IMG/VR virus record: IMGVR_UViG_3300027747_001067
Coordinates: 1 to 51,185 of that record
Source of the DNA: a virus
Lineage: Duplodnaviria; Caudoviricetes
Strand: one strand, 5' to 3'
DNA length: 51,185 bases
The translations under genes and the position numbers were made by a program. Below the pieces are notes generated by a model. That model had not been told where the DNA came from. It did no database searches and was given only the letters and a program-made list of their open reading frames with translations. Below are positions 16,944 to 26,513 of the stretch, one piece after another (the first letter of the stretch is position 1; the number at the start of each line of letters is the position of its first letter).

Positions 16944-18846
16944 AAATCCGCTTTACCCTCTGCCCCCTGACTACGACACGCTGACCGTTGAAGGCCAGCG
17001 GCTTGCTCGTATCAACGCAACGCGGCAATGGCTTCTGCCTTCGACTGACCTGAGGCAGCGAGCTATTGACTTCATTTCTGCACTCCGTTTCTTCGAGGCT
17101 TGGTACCTATGGCCGGACCCCGATACGGATTTCAATCCTTTGTTCTTCGACGACACCCCAGTGGCGACTCCGAAGGGCCACGTTTCAATCTACAAGGAAT
17201 GGGCGACATCTCGATCAAGCATTGCCGTGGCCCCTCGTGGTTACGCGAAGAGCAACTGCATCCGCAAGTCGATCTTGCTGCAGATGCTCACCCGACCGGC
17301 CTTCTCCTTTATCTACGCTACGAGCTCGCACGACAACGCGCAGCAAACGAGCCAGATCATCAAGAGTCAGTTCACGGACAACTCGCGTATCTTCGACGAC
17401 TTTTCGCCTGAGTTCCCCGACGGTCGCATTGTCCCCCGTCGTGGCGAAGCCAGCTTCGGTCTTGAGATGATGTACCTCAAGAACGGCTCGTGGCTCCGGG
17501 CCATCTCCGCATCCAGCAAGCAGCGCGGCGGTCGACCACGTTGTTACATCCTTGACGACCCTGAGTACGATCCCAAGGCATCGACGTCCATGGCGGTACT
17601 CCGCGACTACGTGGAGAATCTGCTGTTCAAGATCGTGCTGCCCATGCTTACCCGGCCCGACACCTCGGTGCGATGGCTGGCTACCTTCGTCAGCCGTCGT
17701 CACTATGCGTGGCATGCCATGCAGACCGAGCAGACGCCCAGTGGCCCGCGCGCCCGGGATCCACGCTTTGAGTTCTGGTCACGCATGCTTCTTGACTCGG
17801 AGTACGAAAAAGACGGAAAGCTCCACTCCTGCTGGCCCGAGATGTGGCCCCTCAACCGTGCAGACAAACTTGCGCGACCAGATCTTGCGAACCGCATTTC
17901 CCTTGAGGAAATCAAAGAACGAATCGGTAATGCTGTCTATCTGGCTGAGTATCGCGGCCGACCCGGTGAGAGCGGTGAGAACTTCTTCCCGCCCCTCATC
18001 CGTGAGAACCACGGGTGGTGGATTGAGGACCCGGATCCGTCCTTCGACACTGACCCGGTAACCTCCAATACTAAGATCGCGTGGGGGGAGAAAACCGGAA
18101 TCAAGGTGATGCCCGTCAAAGACTTCCTCTTGAACTGCCTCACCTTCATGGCTGTCGATACGTCGTATACTCATGGTCCTGACTCGGATTATAAGGTAGC
18201 AGTTGTCATGGCGGTTAACAGTGACAACTGCCTTTTTGTTCTAGATATGTGGGCAGGCCAGGCCCCTGAAGACCAGCTGATCCGGAACGTCTTCCGCCTG
18301 GCCGACAAGTGGAAGGTCCCCTCCATCCACCCCGAGGTGGTCCGTGAGTCGGTCAACCTCTACCAGCAACTTGAAACTCTGGTCCGACAGCGGGCTACCG
18401 AGATCACCGGCACATCCCACATGCCCAAGATCATGCCCCTCAAGGTGGGCATGGTTCAGAAGGAAGCCAAGATCTCCGGTCTCCTGTTCCGCTTCGAGCA
18501 TGGCCTCCTCAAGCTGCCCATGTGGAAGCGCATGGACAAGCCGTGGCGCGAGCTGTTTGACCAGTTGGAGCAGTTCAACCCCGAAGCTCGAGACGGTGGC
18601 CTTGCCCACGACGACCATCTGGACGCGGTGGCCATGTCTTCCATGATCCTGAAGTTCCGACTTCCCAAGCGCGGACTGGGCATAGAGCCAGCGAAGTCCC
18701 CCCTCGAGCGCTTGAAGGACGGAGAGCGCCATGAGAATGGTGTATCCCTGTTGTCCATGATTGACTGGAACAAACTTCCAAGTGAAGATGTGCTTGATAT
18801 CCTAAGACCTGAGGAACACACGAATGACGGCGAGACCAGAATCTGA
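16912..18846 (+). CDS. terL: Terminase large subunit
   Basis: Walker A APRGYAKS, QRGGRP, Walker B YILDDPE, nuclease acidic motifs MAVDTSY and HDDHLDAVAM. Confidence 0.92.
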   Translation: MQIKRIPQPPENPLYPLPPDYDTLTVEGQRLARINATRQWLLPSTDLRQRAIDFISALRFFEAWYLWPDPDTDFNPLFFDDTPVATPKGHVSIYKEWATSRSSIAVAPRGYAKSNCIRKSILLQMLTRPAFSFIYATSSHDNAQQTSQIIKSQFTDNSRIFDDFSPEFPDGRIVPRRGEASFGLEMMYLKNGSWLRAISASSKQRGGRPRCYILDDPEYDPKASTSMAVLRDYVENLLFKIVLPMLTRPDTSVRWLATFVSRRHYAWHAMQTEQTPSGPRARDPRFEFWSRMLLDSEYEKDGKLHSCWPEMWPLNRADKLARPDLANRISLEEIKERIGNAVYLAEYRGRPGESGENFFPPLIRENHGWWIEDPDPSFDTDPVTSNTKIAWGEKTGIKVMPVKDFLLNCLTFMAVDTSYTHGPDSDYKVAVVMAVNSDNCLFVLDMWAGQAPEDQLIRNVFRLADKWKVPSIHPEVVRESVNLYQQLETLVRQRATEITGTSHMPKIMPLKVGMVQKEAKISGLLFRFEHGLLKLPMWKRMDKPWRELFDQLEQFNPEARDGGLAHDDHLDAVAMSSMILKFRLPKRGLGIEPAKSPLERLKDGERHENGVSLLSMIDWNKLPSEDVLDILRPEEHTNDGETRI

Positions 18847-19081
18847 TTCCCAGTATGTGACCATCCCCTATTTCCTGTATGAAGCGATGGCCCGCATGTA
18901 CTACGGACGGGTAAATGGTGACTTTCCCGTGACTCGCCCTATCGCATCGGAGACCCCGGAACCCAAGTTTACGGGCAACTTCACGATGGTTGACGACGAC
19001 ATCCCCGCAACTTGGAAGCCACAGGGCGCAGCCCAAAGGACACCCAGTGACAACTCGAAGCCCGCTAAGTCTCCCAAGTAA
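18824..19081 (+). CDS. Hypothetical protein
   Basis: 85 aa between terL and portal; GAGGA upstream. Confidence 0.6.
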   Translation: MTARPESDSQYVTIPYFLYEAMARMYYGRVNGDFPVTRPIASETPEPKFTGNFTMVDDDIPATWKPQGAAQRTPSDNSKPAKSPK

Positions 19082-21047
19082 GCCAGAAGACATTGCCAAG
19101 TTCATGCGCATGCACGTAGACCGTGAGCGTGTGCGCTACAACTATCGCCGCTCTATCTGGCTTCTGGCGTGGCACTACCTGAACGGCGCTCGACGCTTTG
19201 ACGTCTTTGACCCGCTTACCGGCCGCCTTTCCCCCCACTACCTGGACCGCGAAGGCAACATGGAGTTCCAGTCGCAGGACCTTCTCTCCATCATTGACCG
19301 CACGGTGGCTCGCATTGCCACCATGGACCTCCGTCCCAAGATCATGCGCCAGGGCACTAGCCTTCGCATGATCCGTGAGCGTTCCAGCGCCCAGATCATT
19401 GCCGACTCGCTGGTCTCTGACCACCAGCTGTCGCAGGTTACCTCCGACTTTGCCCACATCTTTGCAACCCTGGGTTGCTGCGGAATCATGGGGCACCTCA
19501 CCGATGTCCCCACCGTCGGCCTTACTGCCGATCTTGAAGTGGTGCACCCCCGTGAGGTGTTCCCATTCCCCGCTCTGCACCAGGATCACACCAAGCAGAG
19601 CGGCATTATCCGCCAGCGCGTGGTGCCCATCGACCTGTTGGGTGCCAAGTTTGGCAAGATCTCGGCGAAGAAGAAGGATCAGATGGAGTGGTGGAAGGTT
19701 GACCACGGTGACGTGACTACCGACCTTGGCCTTGACGAGCCCGGCTCGTACATGCGCAACCCCTTCAACAACAGCGGCGTGATGACAGGAGCCTCTGAAG
19801 GCACCGACGTGGTGAACGAAGTAGCCCGTATCCGCGAGCTGTGGATCAACGGACCCCGCGACACCTGCGTTCGCTACGTTGTGGCCAGCGGTAACGAGAT
19901 TCTTGTCGACGAATCCTACGATGATTCGGCAATGTACTGCCCGCTGGGCTGGGCACGCTTCATGGACACCGGCACTTTCTATGGTGCTGGCCTGTTTGAC
20001 CTGCTTTTCGGCATCTGCCGACAGGCTGAACACATGATGAAGAGCCTTTTCAACAATATCCGTGACACCGATCGCTACGGCGTGCTTGTTTTGCCGCAGG
20101 GTTCGATGAATGAGCGCACTCTGCTCAAGGATGTGGGCCGTGGTTTGCGCGTGATGACCTACACACCCGACCCATTGAACGAGAACTTCAAGCCATTCCC
20201 CATCCAGCCGTGGAATGCAGGCGACGCACCCGGCAAGGTGGCCCAGTTTGCACGCGAAGTGATGCAGCAAATCAGCCCCGTGCAGGATCTTCTGCAGGAA
20301 AAGGGTCGAGTTGAGAGCGCTACCGGCCTGCAGTTCCTTGACGAGCAGATTACCAAGGCCATGACCAATCCCTCGATTGGTATTCAGCGCGCATTTGGCA
20401 ACATGTACCGCTCGATGACGGCCCAGGCCGTGGCGGAAATCGTGAAGTTCCCCCGCACGGTGCCCGTGAACTACGTCACCCTCGATTTGGCGGGTGCAGT
20501 TCTTGATATTGCCAAGTCCACCGTGTCTTTTGACCAGAATCCGCTGCCACAGGTGGGCTATCTCACCTTCGGCGTCAAGCAAGTCAACCCCCGTAGCGAT
20601 ACCGCTCGCAAGGAAGAGGCTATGGGGCTGCTCAAGGCCGGCCTTACCGACCCAATTGGCCTGAAGGTCTTTGCCCTTAAGGAGGGTTTGGACTTTGCCA
20701 TGTGGATGGACGAGGAAAAGGGTGCATACGAGTCCATCGTGCAGAACATTCTGCTGCTTTACGGCAACGGAGAGGACCCTGGCCAAATTGTTTTGACTCA
20801 GCACATGATGCGACCGGACATTCAGATGCGCGTGCTAAGCGCATTCATGACGAGTCCCATCATGATGGCTGCTTCGTCCGAGGTTCAGGACGAATTCCGA
20901 AAGTTTAGGGACACGATGCTGCGATTCATGGGTCAAACCCTGCCGCAGCAGGTCCCGACTCCCGAAGAGGCTGCCGCTATGGGCATGCAGCCTCAGATGG
21001 GTGCCCCGCAACAAATGCCTATGCAAGGAATGATGCCAAATGGTTGA
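19047..21047 (+). CDS. Portal protein
   Basis: ~666 aa after terL; helical; GRVESATGLQFLDEQ segment and Q/M/P-rich tail typical of podovirus-like portals. Confidence 0.8.
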   Translation: MTTRSPLSLPSKPEDIAKFMRMHVDRERVRYNYRRSIWLLAWHYLNGARRFDVFDPLTGRLSPHYLDREGNMEFQSQDLLSIIDRTVARIATMDLRPKIMRQGTSLRMIRERSSAQIIADSLVSDHQLSQVTSDFAHIFATLGCCGIMGHLTDVPTVGLTADLEVVHPREVFPFPALHQDHTKQSGIIRQRVVPIDLLGAKFGKISAKKKDQMEWWKVDHGDVTTDLGLDEPGSYMRNPFNNSGVMTGASEGTDVVNEVARIRELWINGPRDTCVRYVVASGNEILVDESYDDSAMYCPLGWARFMDTGTFYGAGLFDLLFGICRQAEHMMKSLFNNIRDTDRYGVLVLPQGSMNERTLLKDVGRGLRVMTYTPDPLNENFKPFPIQPWNAGDAPGKVAQFAREVMQQISPVQDLLQEKGRVESATGLQFLDEQITKAMTNPSIGIQRAFGNMYRSMTAQAVAEIVKFPRTVPVNYVTLDLAGAVLDIAKSTVSFDQNPLPQVGYLTFGVKQVNPRSDTARKEEAMGLLKAGLTDPIGLKVFALKEGLDFAMWMDEEKGAYESIVQNILLLYGNGEDPGQIVLTQHMMRPDIQMRVLSAFMTSPIMMAASSEVQDEFRKFRDTMLRFMGQTLPQQVPTPEEAAAMGMQPQMGAPQQMPMQGMMPNG

Positions 21048-21993
21048 TGAGACCCAGTTTGACGACACCGCAGACAGCGAATTGGACGAAGCAGTTGAAT
21101 CGACTCCCACCCCAGTGGTGGATATGGACGCCCGCGTTCGTGCAGGCGGACAGGAGATCCCGGTTTCGGAGCTTTTGAAGGCGAAGGAGGACCTGGAGTA
21201 CCTCCGTCAGGACTACAGCAAGCTCGTTTCCTTTCGCGACGCGACTTCTAAGGTCATGCGACCCGACGTGGACCCCGCTGTCAAGGAACAGGCAGCACGA
21301 CAGCTGCTGATGGACATGGGATACCGCAACGAGGAAGTGGAAAACTACGTGCAGGATTGGATGAACAACCAGAATCAAGGAGCTAAGACTCAAATGACTG
21401 ACACTGACGACAACCGTGGGGGGACTGACGACGACAACAGTGCGGAAGAGGTGGCTCAGGCCATTCTTCAGGCCCAGCAGGAGGCGGCCCGCGCCAACGA
21501 AGAGCTGAACCGCATGAAGGCGGATCACCTGAACAACAAGCTCAACACCCAGATTGTCATGGGTCTTGAAATGAACGAAGGTGCCCGTACAATGTTGGGT
21601 AAGCTTCAGGAGATCAACGGAAAGGAAGCTCTTACTGGCGCGCGTGCAGCGATCGAGAGGGATATCCGCCAGCAGACGCTGGACAATCTTCGATCACGAC
21701 GTACGGCAGCAGGAACTTTCGAAGAAGCGTGGATTTCTGAGGAGTCAGCAAGGGCGACTGACCAAGTCCTTGCGAAGTACCGCTCGGTAATCGGAGACCC
21801 CAACCGTTTGGGACGGGCCCCGGAAACAGACAGCAGTGCGAGTGCGTTTTTGAACCGTAAGCCCGTCTCGGCTCCAAAGTGGAAGCCGGGTGTGAGTGCT
21901 GGCGACATGGAGACGGCCCTCGACGCATACAACAAGGATGCGTTGAACCGACTTGTCGCGGAACTCGGTACGGAAACTGACGGTCGCGTCTGA
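21040..21993 (+). CDS. Capsid scaffolding protein
   Basis: Acidic N-terminus, VRAGGQEIPVSELLK motif and coiled coil; lies between portal and capsid. Confidence 0.75.
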   Translation: MVDETQFDDTADSELDEAVESTPTPVVDMDARVRAGGQEIPVSELLKAKEDLEYLRQDYSKLVSFRDATSKVMRPDVDPAVKEQAARQLLMDMGYRNEEVENYVQDWMNNQNQGAKTQMTDTDDNRGGTDDDNSAEEVAQAILQAQQEAARANEELNRMKADHLNNKLNTQIVMGLEMNEGARTMLGKLQEINGKEALTGARAAIERDIRQQTLDNLRSRRTAAGTFEEAWISEESARATDQVLAKYRSVIGDPNRLGRAPETDSSASAFLNRKPVSAPKWKPGVSAGDMETALDAYNKDALNRLVAELGTETDGRV

Positions 21994-22028
21994 TTTTTCC
22001 CTAACCCCGTTTACAAGGAAACTAAACT

Positions 22029-23624
22029 ATGCCAGCTAATTTTGCGCCTACCAACAGTTTGTTTGGTCGGCACGCCCAGCAGCTCGAAGAGCTGATCAAC
22101 AAGAACGTCGACACGATTCTGCCGACCCTGGACCCCGCTTGGCGCGACACCGTCGTGACCTCGCAGGGCGTGGGCCCTGCTTCGGCCATCGGTCGTGACA
22201 TGAAGATCCTGAAGCTGTATCGCGGCGGTCTGACCGGCGTGATTGAGCAGGGCGAGCGTTACAACGACTTTGCTCTGTACGGCGACGCAACCACTGCAAT
22301 CAGCGCCAAGCTGTACCAGCAGACTAATGCGCAGACTTGGCCTGACGCTCTGCAGGGTCCGGCCATCAACAGCTACCGTCTTGGTATCGGCATGCGCTCC
22401 ATGCTGACCAACCTGGCGGTCACCATGGGCGAAATGCAGGCGGAAGCCACCCCGGCTTTCATCGGCGACGTGATCGCTCCGAAGCTGAAGGGTTTTGCCC
22501 AGAACCTGTCGCACACCCTTTGCAACTACTGGTACACCAGTCAGAACCTCGGCTACTCGCTGGGTGCTTTCAATGCCGGTACTTACAACATCACTGCTTG
22601 CGCCACTGGTGCAAGTGCAACGACTACGTTCATCCCCAGCAACTATGCGATTGACCGTTTCTATGTGGGTCAGCGCGTGGACTTCATTGTGGCCACTGCT
22701 GGCGTGCCTAGCACTGCAACTGCGGATCGCATCAACTCGATTTCGAGTGGTGCAACCCGCATCAAGTGCTTTGTCAGCGCTGTGGACGAGCTGAAGGGTG
22801 CCGTGACCGTTACCATGGTGAACGACACCGGTACCAACTTCTCGGTTTACAACACTTCTGGTGTTGACAACGTGGCTGTGGTTTACGCCAGCAGCAAGTT
22901 GCAGGCTGCCAATGCCTTTACGGGCATTGCCGGCATCAACAGCTGGCTGAAGTTCGGCGACGGCGTGTCTGGTGATAGCTATGCGGGTAACTACCTGCTG
23001 GGCAGCGAGCGTGATACGGGCAACGAGATCAGCGTGCTTACGCATCCTGAGTTCAAGTCTTTCGGTGTGAGCAGCGTCGGTACCCTGACTGAGCACAAGC
23101 TCCGTCAGTACATCCGTCGCTTCCATGCTGCGAAGAACAAGTACGGCCAGACGATCGACTGCCTCATCGCCAGCGATGGCGTGTGGCTGAGCTACGAGGC
23201 CCAGAAGATTGGTCAGTACACCCTGGAGCGTCAGGGCAAGCTCTCGAACGTGAACAACGAAGGCTCCGATCAGGGCTTCAAGTTCACTTTCGAAGGCCGC
23301 ACCTACAACGGCTACACCTCGACCTACATCGAGGACGGCGTGGTCTACGGCATTAAGAAGGGCGGTTCCAACTGGAAGCGCTACGTGCCGCCGGATCCGA
23401 AGGGCGTGCAGAAGTTCAGCGAAGCCGACAGCTTCATTCCGTTCAACTTCGTGGTCCCGGCCCTTACCGGCATGGCTACCACCAAGTTCCCCATCCTGAG
23501 TGGTGGTCTGATGACGGAAGCCATGCAGATGCCGGGCATGCTGCGTATGCAGCTCGTGCCTGATCAGGCTGCTGGCATGAAGCTCAGTGGCGTTACGACT
23601 GACCGCGTCTGGTCGGCCACGTAA
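22029..23624 (+). CDS. Major capsid protein
   Basis: 531 aa after the scaffold; AAGGAA RBS; strongly biased codon use; followed by a structured intergenic region. Confidence 0.8.
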   Translation: MPANFAPTNSLFGRHAQQLEELINKNVDTILPTLDPAWRDTVVTSQGVGPASAIGRDMKILKLYRGGLTGVIEQGERYNDFALYGDATTAISAKLYQQTNAQTWPDALQGPAINSYRLGIGMRSMLTNLAVTMGEMQAEATPAFIGDVIAPKLKGFAQNLSHTLCNYWYTSQNLGYSLGAFNAGTYNITACATGASATTTFIPSNYAIDRFYVGQRVDFIVATAGVPSTATADRINSISSGATRIKCFVSAVDELKGAVTVTMVNDTGTNFSVYNTSGVDNVAVVYASSKLQAANAFTGIAGINSWLKFGDGVSGDSYAGNYLLGSERDTGNEISVLTHPEFKSFGVSSVGTLTEHKLRQYIRRFHAAKNKYGQTIDCLIASDGVWLSYEAQKIGQYTLERQGKLSNVNNEGSDQGFKFTFEGRTYNGYTSTYIEDGVVYGIKKGGSNWKRYVPPDPKGVQKFSEADSFIPFNFVVPALTGMATTKFPILSGGLMTEAMQMPGMLRMQLVPDQAAGMKLSGVTTDRVWSAT

Positions 23625-23628
23625 TAGG

Positions 23629-23717
23629 CTCCTGTTAAGGGCTGCGGTGCCCTTGGCGTCTCACGGGGGGTGGACTTTGGTCCACCCCCCAGGGACACGC
23701 CGCTCACCGTACAGGAG
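23629..23717 (+). ncRNA. Candidate structured cis-regulatory RNA after the capsid gene
   Basis: Nested pairings CTCCTGT/ACAGGAG, AAGGGC/GCCCTT, GGCGT/ACGCC and GGGGGGTGGA/TCCACCCCCC; no U-tract. Confidence 0.55.
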
Positions 23718-23722
23718 ACGTC

Positions 23723-24490
23723 ATGCCTACCCGCATTGCAGCAATCAGCTGTACCCACGCCCCCTTTACTCCCCCGAACGTCCATCACTGGCTGCTCGAA
23801 ACCCTGTCCGCTCTGGATGGGGTTTCTCACTTTGTGCACCTGGGCGACATCTTCGAGGCCTCTGCAGCCTCCGTCCACCCCGACGAGCACGATCACACCC
23901 TCCTTGACGAGTACCGACACGCCGCGGCATTCTTAGCCTCCATCCGATCTGTCCTTCCTACAAGGACACATTTCCACGCCATCATGGGAAACCACGATGA
24001 CAACCTCCGCTCCCAAGACCCCCGCCGTATCCCCAAGGCCCTGCGCGACGTGGCCGATTTCATGCGCACGGAACCCTTCGCGTCCGAAGCCAAGAACTGG
24101 CACTGGACCCCATATCGCAAGGACAAGCGCGGCTGCCTTGAGATCGGCCCCGTCGTCCTGACCCACGGCTTTGACGTAGGCCAGAACTCCGACGAACTTG
24201 AGTGCCTCCAGTTCATGAACCTTACCGGTGGCGACGCCCACCGCCTGTTCGTCCGTGGCCACACCCACCGTCCGGTTCCACCCACGCAGTGCGTACGCAC
24301 CCGCTCCATTCCCCTTCCATACTGGTACATGAATGCGGGAACCTGCGGACCCCTCAACCCCGGCTGGATGAGCCGCCGCGATACCTCAATGTGGGGGGCG
24401 AGCATTGCCGTGATTGACTTGGTCCGCGACCCCTCACATCGGAATCGAGGCCGCCAATGGGACGCTCAGTTGATCCGAATGGACGCCTGA
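23723..24490 (+). CDS. Calcineurin-like metallophosphoesterase
   Basis: ISCTH, HLGD, GNHD, THG and GHTH motifs. Confidence 0.88.
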   Translation: MPTRIAAISCTHAPFTPPNVHHWLLETLSALDGVSHFVHLGDIFEASAASVHPDEHDHTLLDEYRHAAAFLASIRSVLPTRTHFHAIMGNHDDNLRSQDPRRIPKALRDVADFMRTEPFASEAKNWHWTPYRKDKRGCLEIGPVVLTHGFDVGQNSDELECLQFMNLTGGDAHRLFVRGHTHRPVPPTQCVRTRSIPLPYWYMNAGTCGPLNPGWMSRRDTSMWGASIAVIDLVRDPSHRNRGRQWDAQLIRMDA

Positions 24491-24771
24491 TCTACAAGGT
24501 CAAGATCAACGGTCGCCGTTGGCGAATCCGCCTCAACGAAGCGGCTGCCATGGGCAAAGACTGGGGCCGATGCTGGGAACCCCACAAGCCGGGCCGGCAT
24601 CCCCTCATTGAGATCCGCCGTTCCCTTAGCGAACCCAACCTTTTAGACACCGTGATTCACGAGGTCTTGCACGCCGCACGCCCAGAATTGGATGAGACTT
24701 CGGTAGATCAGACGGCAACATCAATCGCTAGGGCTCTTTACCAGATGGGATGGCGACGTAAACTGGACTAA
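24457..24771 (+). CDS. Small HEXXH zinc-metallopeptidase-like protein
   Basis: WGRC...IEIRRSL...LDTVIHEVLHA..ELDE. Confidence 0.75.
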   Translation: MGRSVDPNGRLIYKVKINGRRWRIRLNEAAAMGKDWGRCWEPHKPGRHPLIEIRRSLSEPNLLDTVIHEVLHAARPELDETSVDQTATSIARALYQMGWRRKLD

Positions 24772-24773
24772 CC

Positions 24774-25229
24774 ATGGCAAAAGACACAAACGAAGAAGAC
24801 GGCGAGTACAACTCGTCTAATGACAACCCCCTGAACAAGCTGATGCCCAAGGGTCCGGTCAAGAGTTCTGGTGGTAGCAAGTCTTTCCTTGCCAAGCTGA
24901 TGGAGTGTCAGCAGTCCTTGGCCATTCTCCATTGGAAGACCACCTCCTTTGCTGAGCACAAGGCTTTGGGGCATGCTTACGAAGAGCTGGCAGAGAAGAT
25001 TGACGGCTTCATCGAGAGCTTCATTGGTGTCAAGGGTCGTGAGATCCTTGGCACCGTTACCACCTTGTCGATTATGAGTGATGTGAAGTCCGTGCTGATG
25101 GCCGTTGAGAACGTGCTTCGCAAGGACATCCCCTCCGTTGTGGGCGAGAAGGAAACTTCGCTTCTGAACCTCCGTGACGAGATGCTGGATATTGTGCAGC
25201 ACACCCGTTACCTCCTGACCCTAAGCTAA
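24774..25229 (+). CDS. Ferritin/Dps-like four-helix protein (DUF5856-like)
   Basis: LHWKTTSFAEHKALGHAYEELAEKIDGFIESFIG...LLNLRDEMLDIVQHTRYLLTL. Confidence 0.8.
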   Translation: MAKDTNEEDGEYNSSNDNPLNKLMPKGPVKSSGGSKSFLAKLMECQQSLAILHWKTTSFAEHKALGHAYEELAEKIDGFIESFIGVKGREILGTVTTLSIMSDVKSVLMAVENVLRKDIPSVVGEKETSLLNLRDEMLDIVQHTRYLLTLS

Positions 25230-25232
25230 TCC

Positions 25233-25487
25233 ATGGCAAGCAGTAAGCCCAAGTTCCAGTTCAAGGCCAAGCACAAGAACCCCATGGGGGGACTTAGTGA
25301 ACTTGGTCGCCGTGCCTACAACAAGGCTACCGGTGGCCACCTCCAGCGCCCTCAGCCCGAGGGTGGCTCACGCCGCAACTCCTTTTGTGCCCGCATGAAG
25401 GGTATGAAGCGCAAGCTAACCAGCTCTGAAACCGCTCGTGACCCCAACTCTCGCATCAACAAGAGCCTTCGGGCATGGAAGTGCTGA
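25233..25487 (+). CDS. Small basic phage protein (DUF6321-like)
   Basis: KNPMGGLSELGRRAYN...RRNSFCARMKGMK...DPNSRINKSLRAWKC. Confidence 0.8.
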   Translation: MASSKPKFQFKAKHKNPMGGLSELGRRAYNKATGGHLQRPQPEGGSRRNSFCARMKGMKRKLTSSETARDPNSRINKSLRAWKC

Positions 25488-25618
25488 TGAAATACAACCC
25501 GCTCAATTCGCTGGTCGGAAACATCAACAAGCGCAAGAAGGCTGGTACTAGCCGGCCTAAGTCAAAGTCCACTGTGGACCCAAAGCAGTACGCCAAGATG
25601 AAGCGAGGTTGGAAGTGA
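25487..25618 (+). CDS. Small basic hypothetical protein
   Basis: Manual translation MKYNPLNSLVGNINKRKKAGTSRPKSKSTVDPKQYAKMKRGWK; TGATG overlap. Confidence 0.7.
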   Translation: MKYNPLNSLVGNINKRKKAGTSRPKSKSTVDPKQYAKMKRGWK

Positions 25619-25779
25619 AAAAGTCTAAGAACTGGATTGGCAAGGTAGCTGCCGGAATCAAGAAGCGCGGCACCGAGGGCGTGTGCACCGGCGGAAAGTT
25701 TGGTAGTTCGTCCTGCCCGCCCGGCTCAAAGCGCTACAACTTGGCGGTGACCTTCAAGAAGATGGCAAAGAAGAAGTAA
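25615..25779 (+). CDS. Small basic hypothetical protein
   Basis: Manual translation from GTG: KKSKNWIGKVAAGIKKRGTEGVCTGGKFGSSSCPPGSKRYNLAVTFKKMAKKK; overlaps both neighbours. Confidence 0.7.
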   Translation: MKKSKNWIGKVAAGIKKRGTEGVCTGGKFGSSSCPPGSKRYNLAVTFKKMAKKK

Positions 25780-26513
25780 TGATTGACGACTTGGAACAAC
25801 TTATTGAGTTGTTTCACGCCAGCCCAACAACTGGTGATCCGGATCGTCGTGGAATCTATCCGTTCCGGGCTCGCGCAAACCCCCACATCTCCCGTGGTGA
25901 AGGCCAAGGAAGGGGTTTTTATGCTTGGCCCAACATGAAAGACGCTTTGGATTTTGCGCGCAACACTATTTTGACTGAGGGTAACTACATTCGCGAGCCA
26001 GCTAGGGGAGCAAACGTTTTTCAAACTCGAGTCCCAGCAAAACATCTAACTCCAGATGCTGAACTTGCTTTTGATGTGCTTCGGCCACTGCTTGAACAAA
26101 ACGCAGAAGAAGTAAACAGGGCACTACTTAGATTTAAGCAAATGACCGGATCTGATGTTTACATGGGTAATTACAACCGTCGAAAAACCACCACAAGATC
26201 AAGGAACAAATCTAAACCAGCTGTGGCTATTTCTGGTTTTGAAGTGGCTGATAAACCAGGACAAAGCTGGGAACTTGGAGATTTGCTTGCGCTTGTAGGT
26301 TCTCCAAAGGCCGCTATTACACCGCCAGTTAGAATGGCGTTGGGCCCTGATACGGGTTCAGCTAGCATTTTGGGCCCGATTTTACGGGCTTTGAGGTTAA
26401 GTAGTCCAAGTTTGTCTCGCTTGTTGCTTTCTGAAACCATTGCAAAACGACGTCCTGTTCGCTCACGAGTAGCTTCCCCTTTAAAGCTGGTTGCTACACT
26501 AGGTAAGCCATGA
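25779..26513 (+). CDS. Hypothetical protein with possible ADP-ribosyltransferase-like N-terminal domain
   Basis: LFHAS...GQGRGFYAW....ALDFA...ANVFQTRV; visibly more A/T-rich than neighbours. Confidence 0.55.
   Translation: MIDDLEQLIELFHASPTTGDPDRRGIYPFRARANPHISRGEGQGRGFYAWPNMKDALDFARNTILTEGNYIREPARGANVFQTRVPAKHLTPDAELAFDVLRPLLEQNAEEVNRALLRFKQMTGSDVYMGNYNRRKTTTRSRNKSKPAVAISGFEVADKPGQSWELGDLLALVGSPKAAITPPVRMALGPDTGSASILGPILRALRLSSPSLSRLLLSETIAKRRPVRSRVASPLKLVATLGKP

Noticed and set aside
19065-20804. 579-aa minus-strand ORF
   Set aside because: Antisense shadow of the portal gene.
22011-23126. 371-aa minus-strand ORF
   Set aside because: Antisense shadow of the strongly codon-biased capsid gene.
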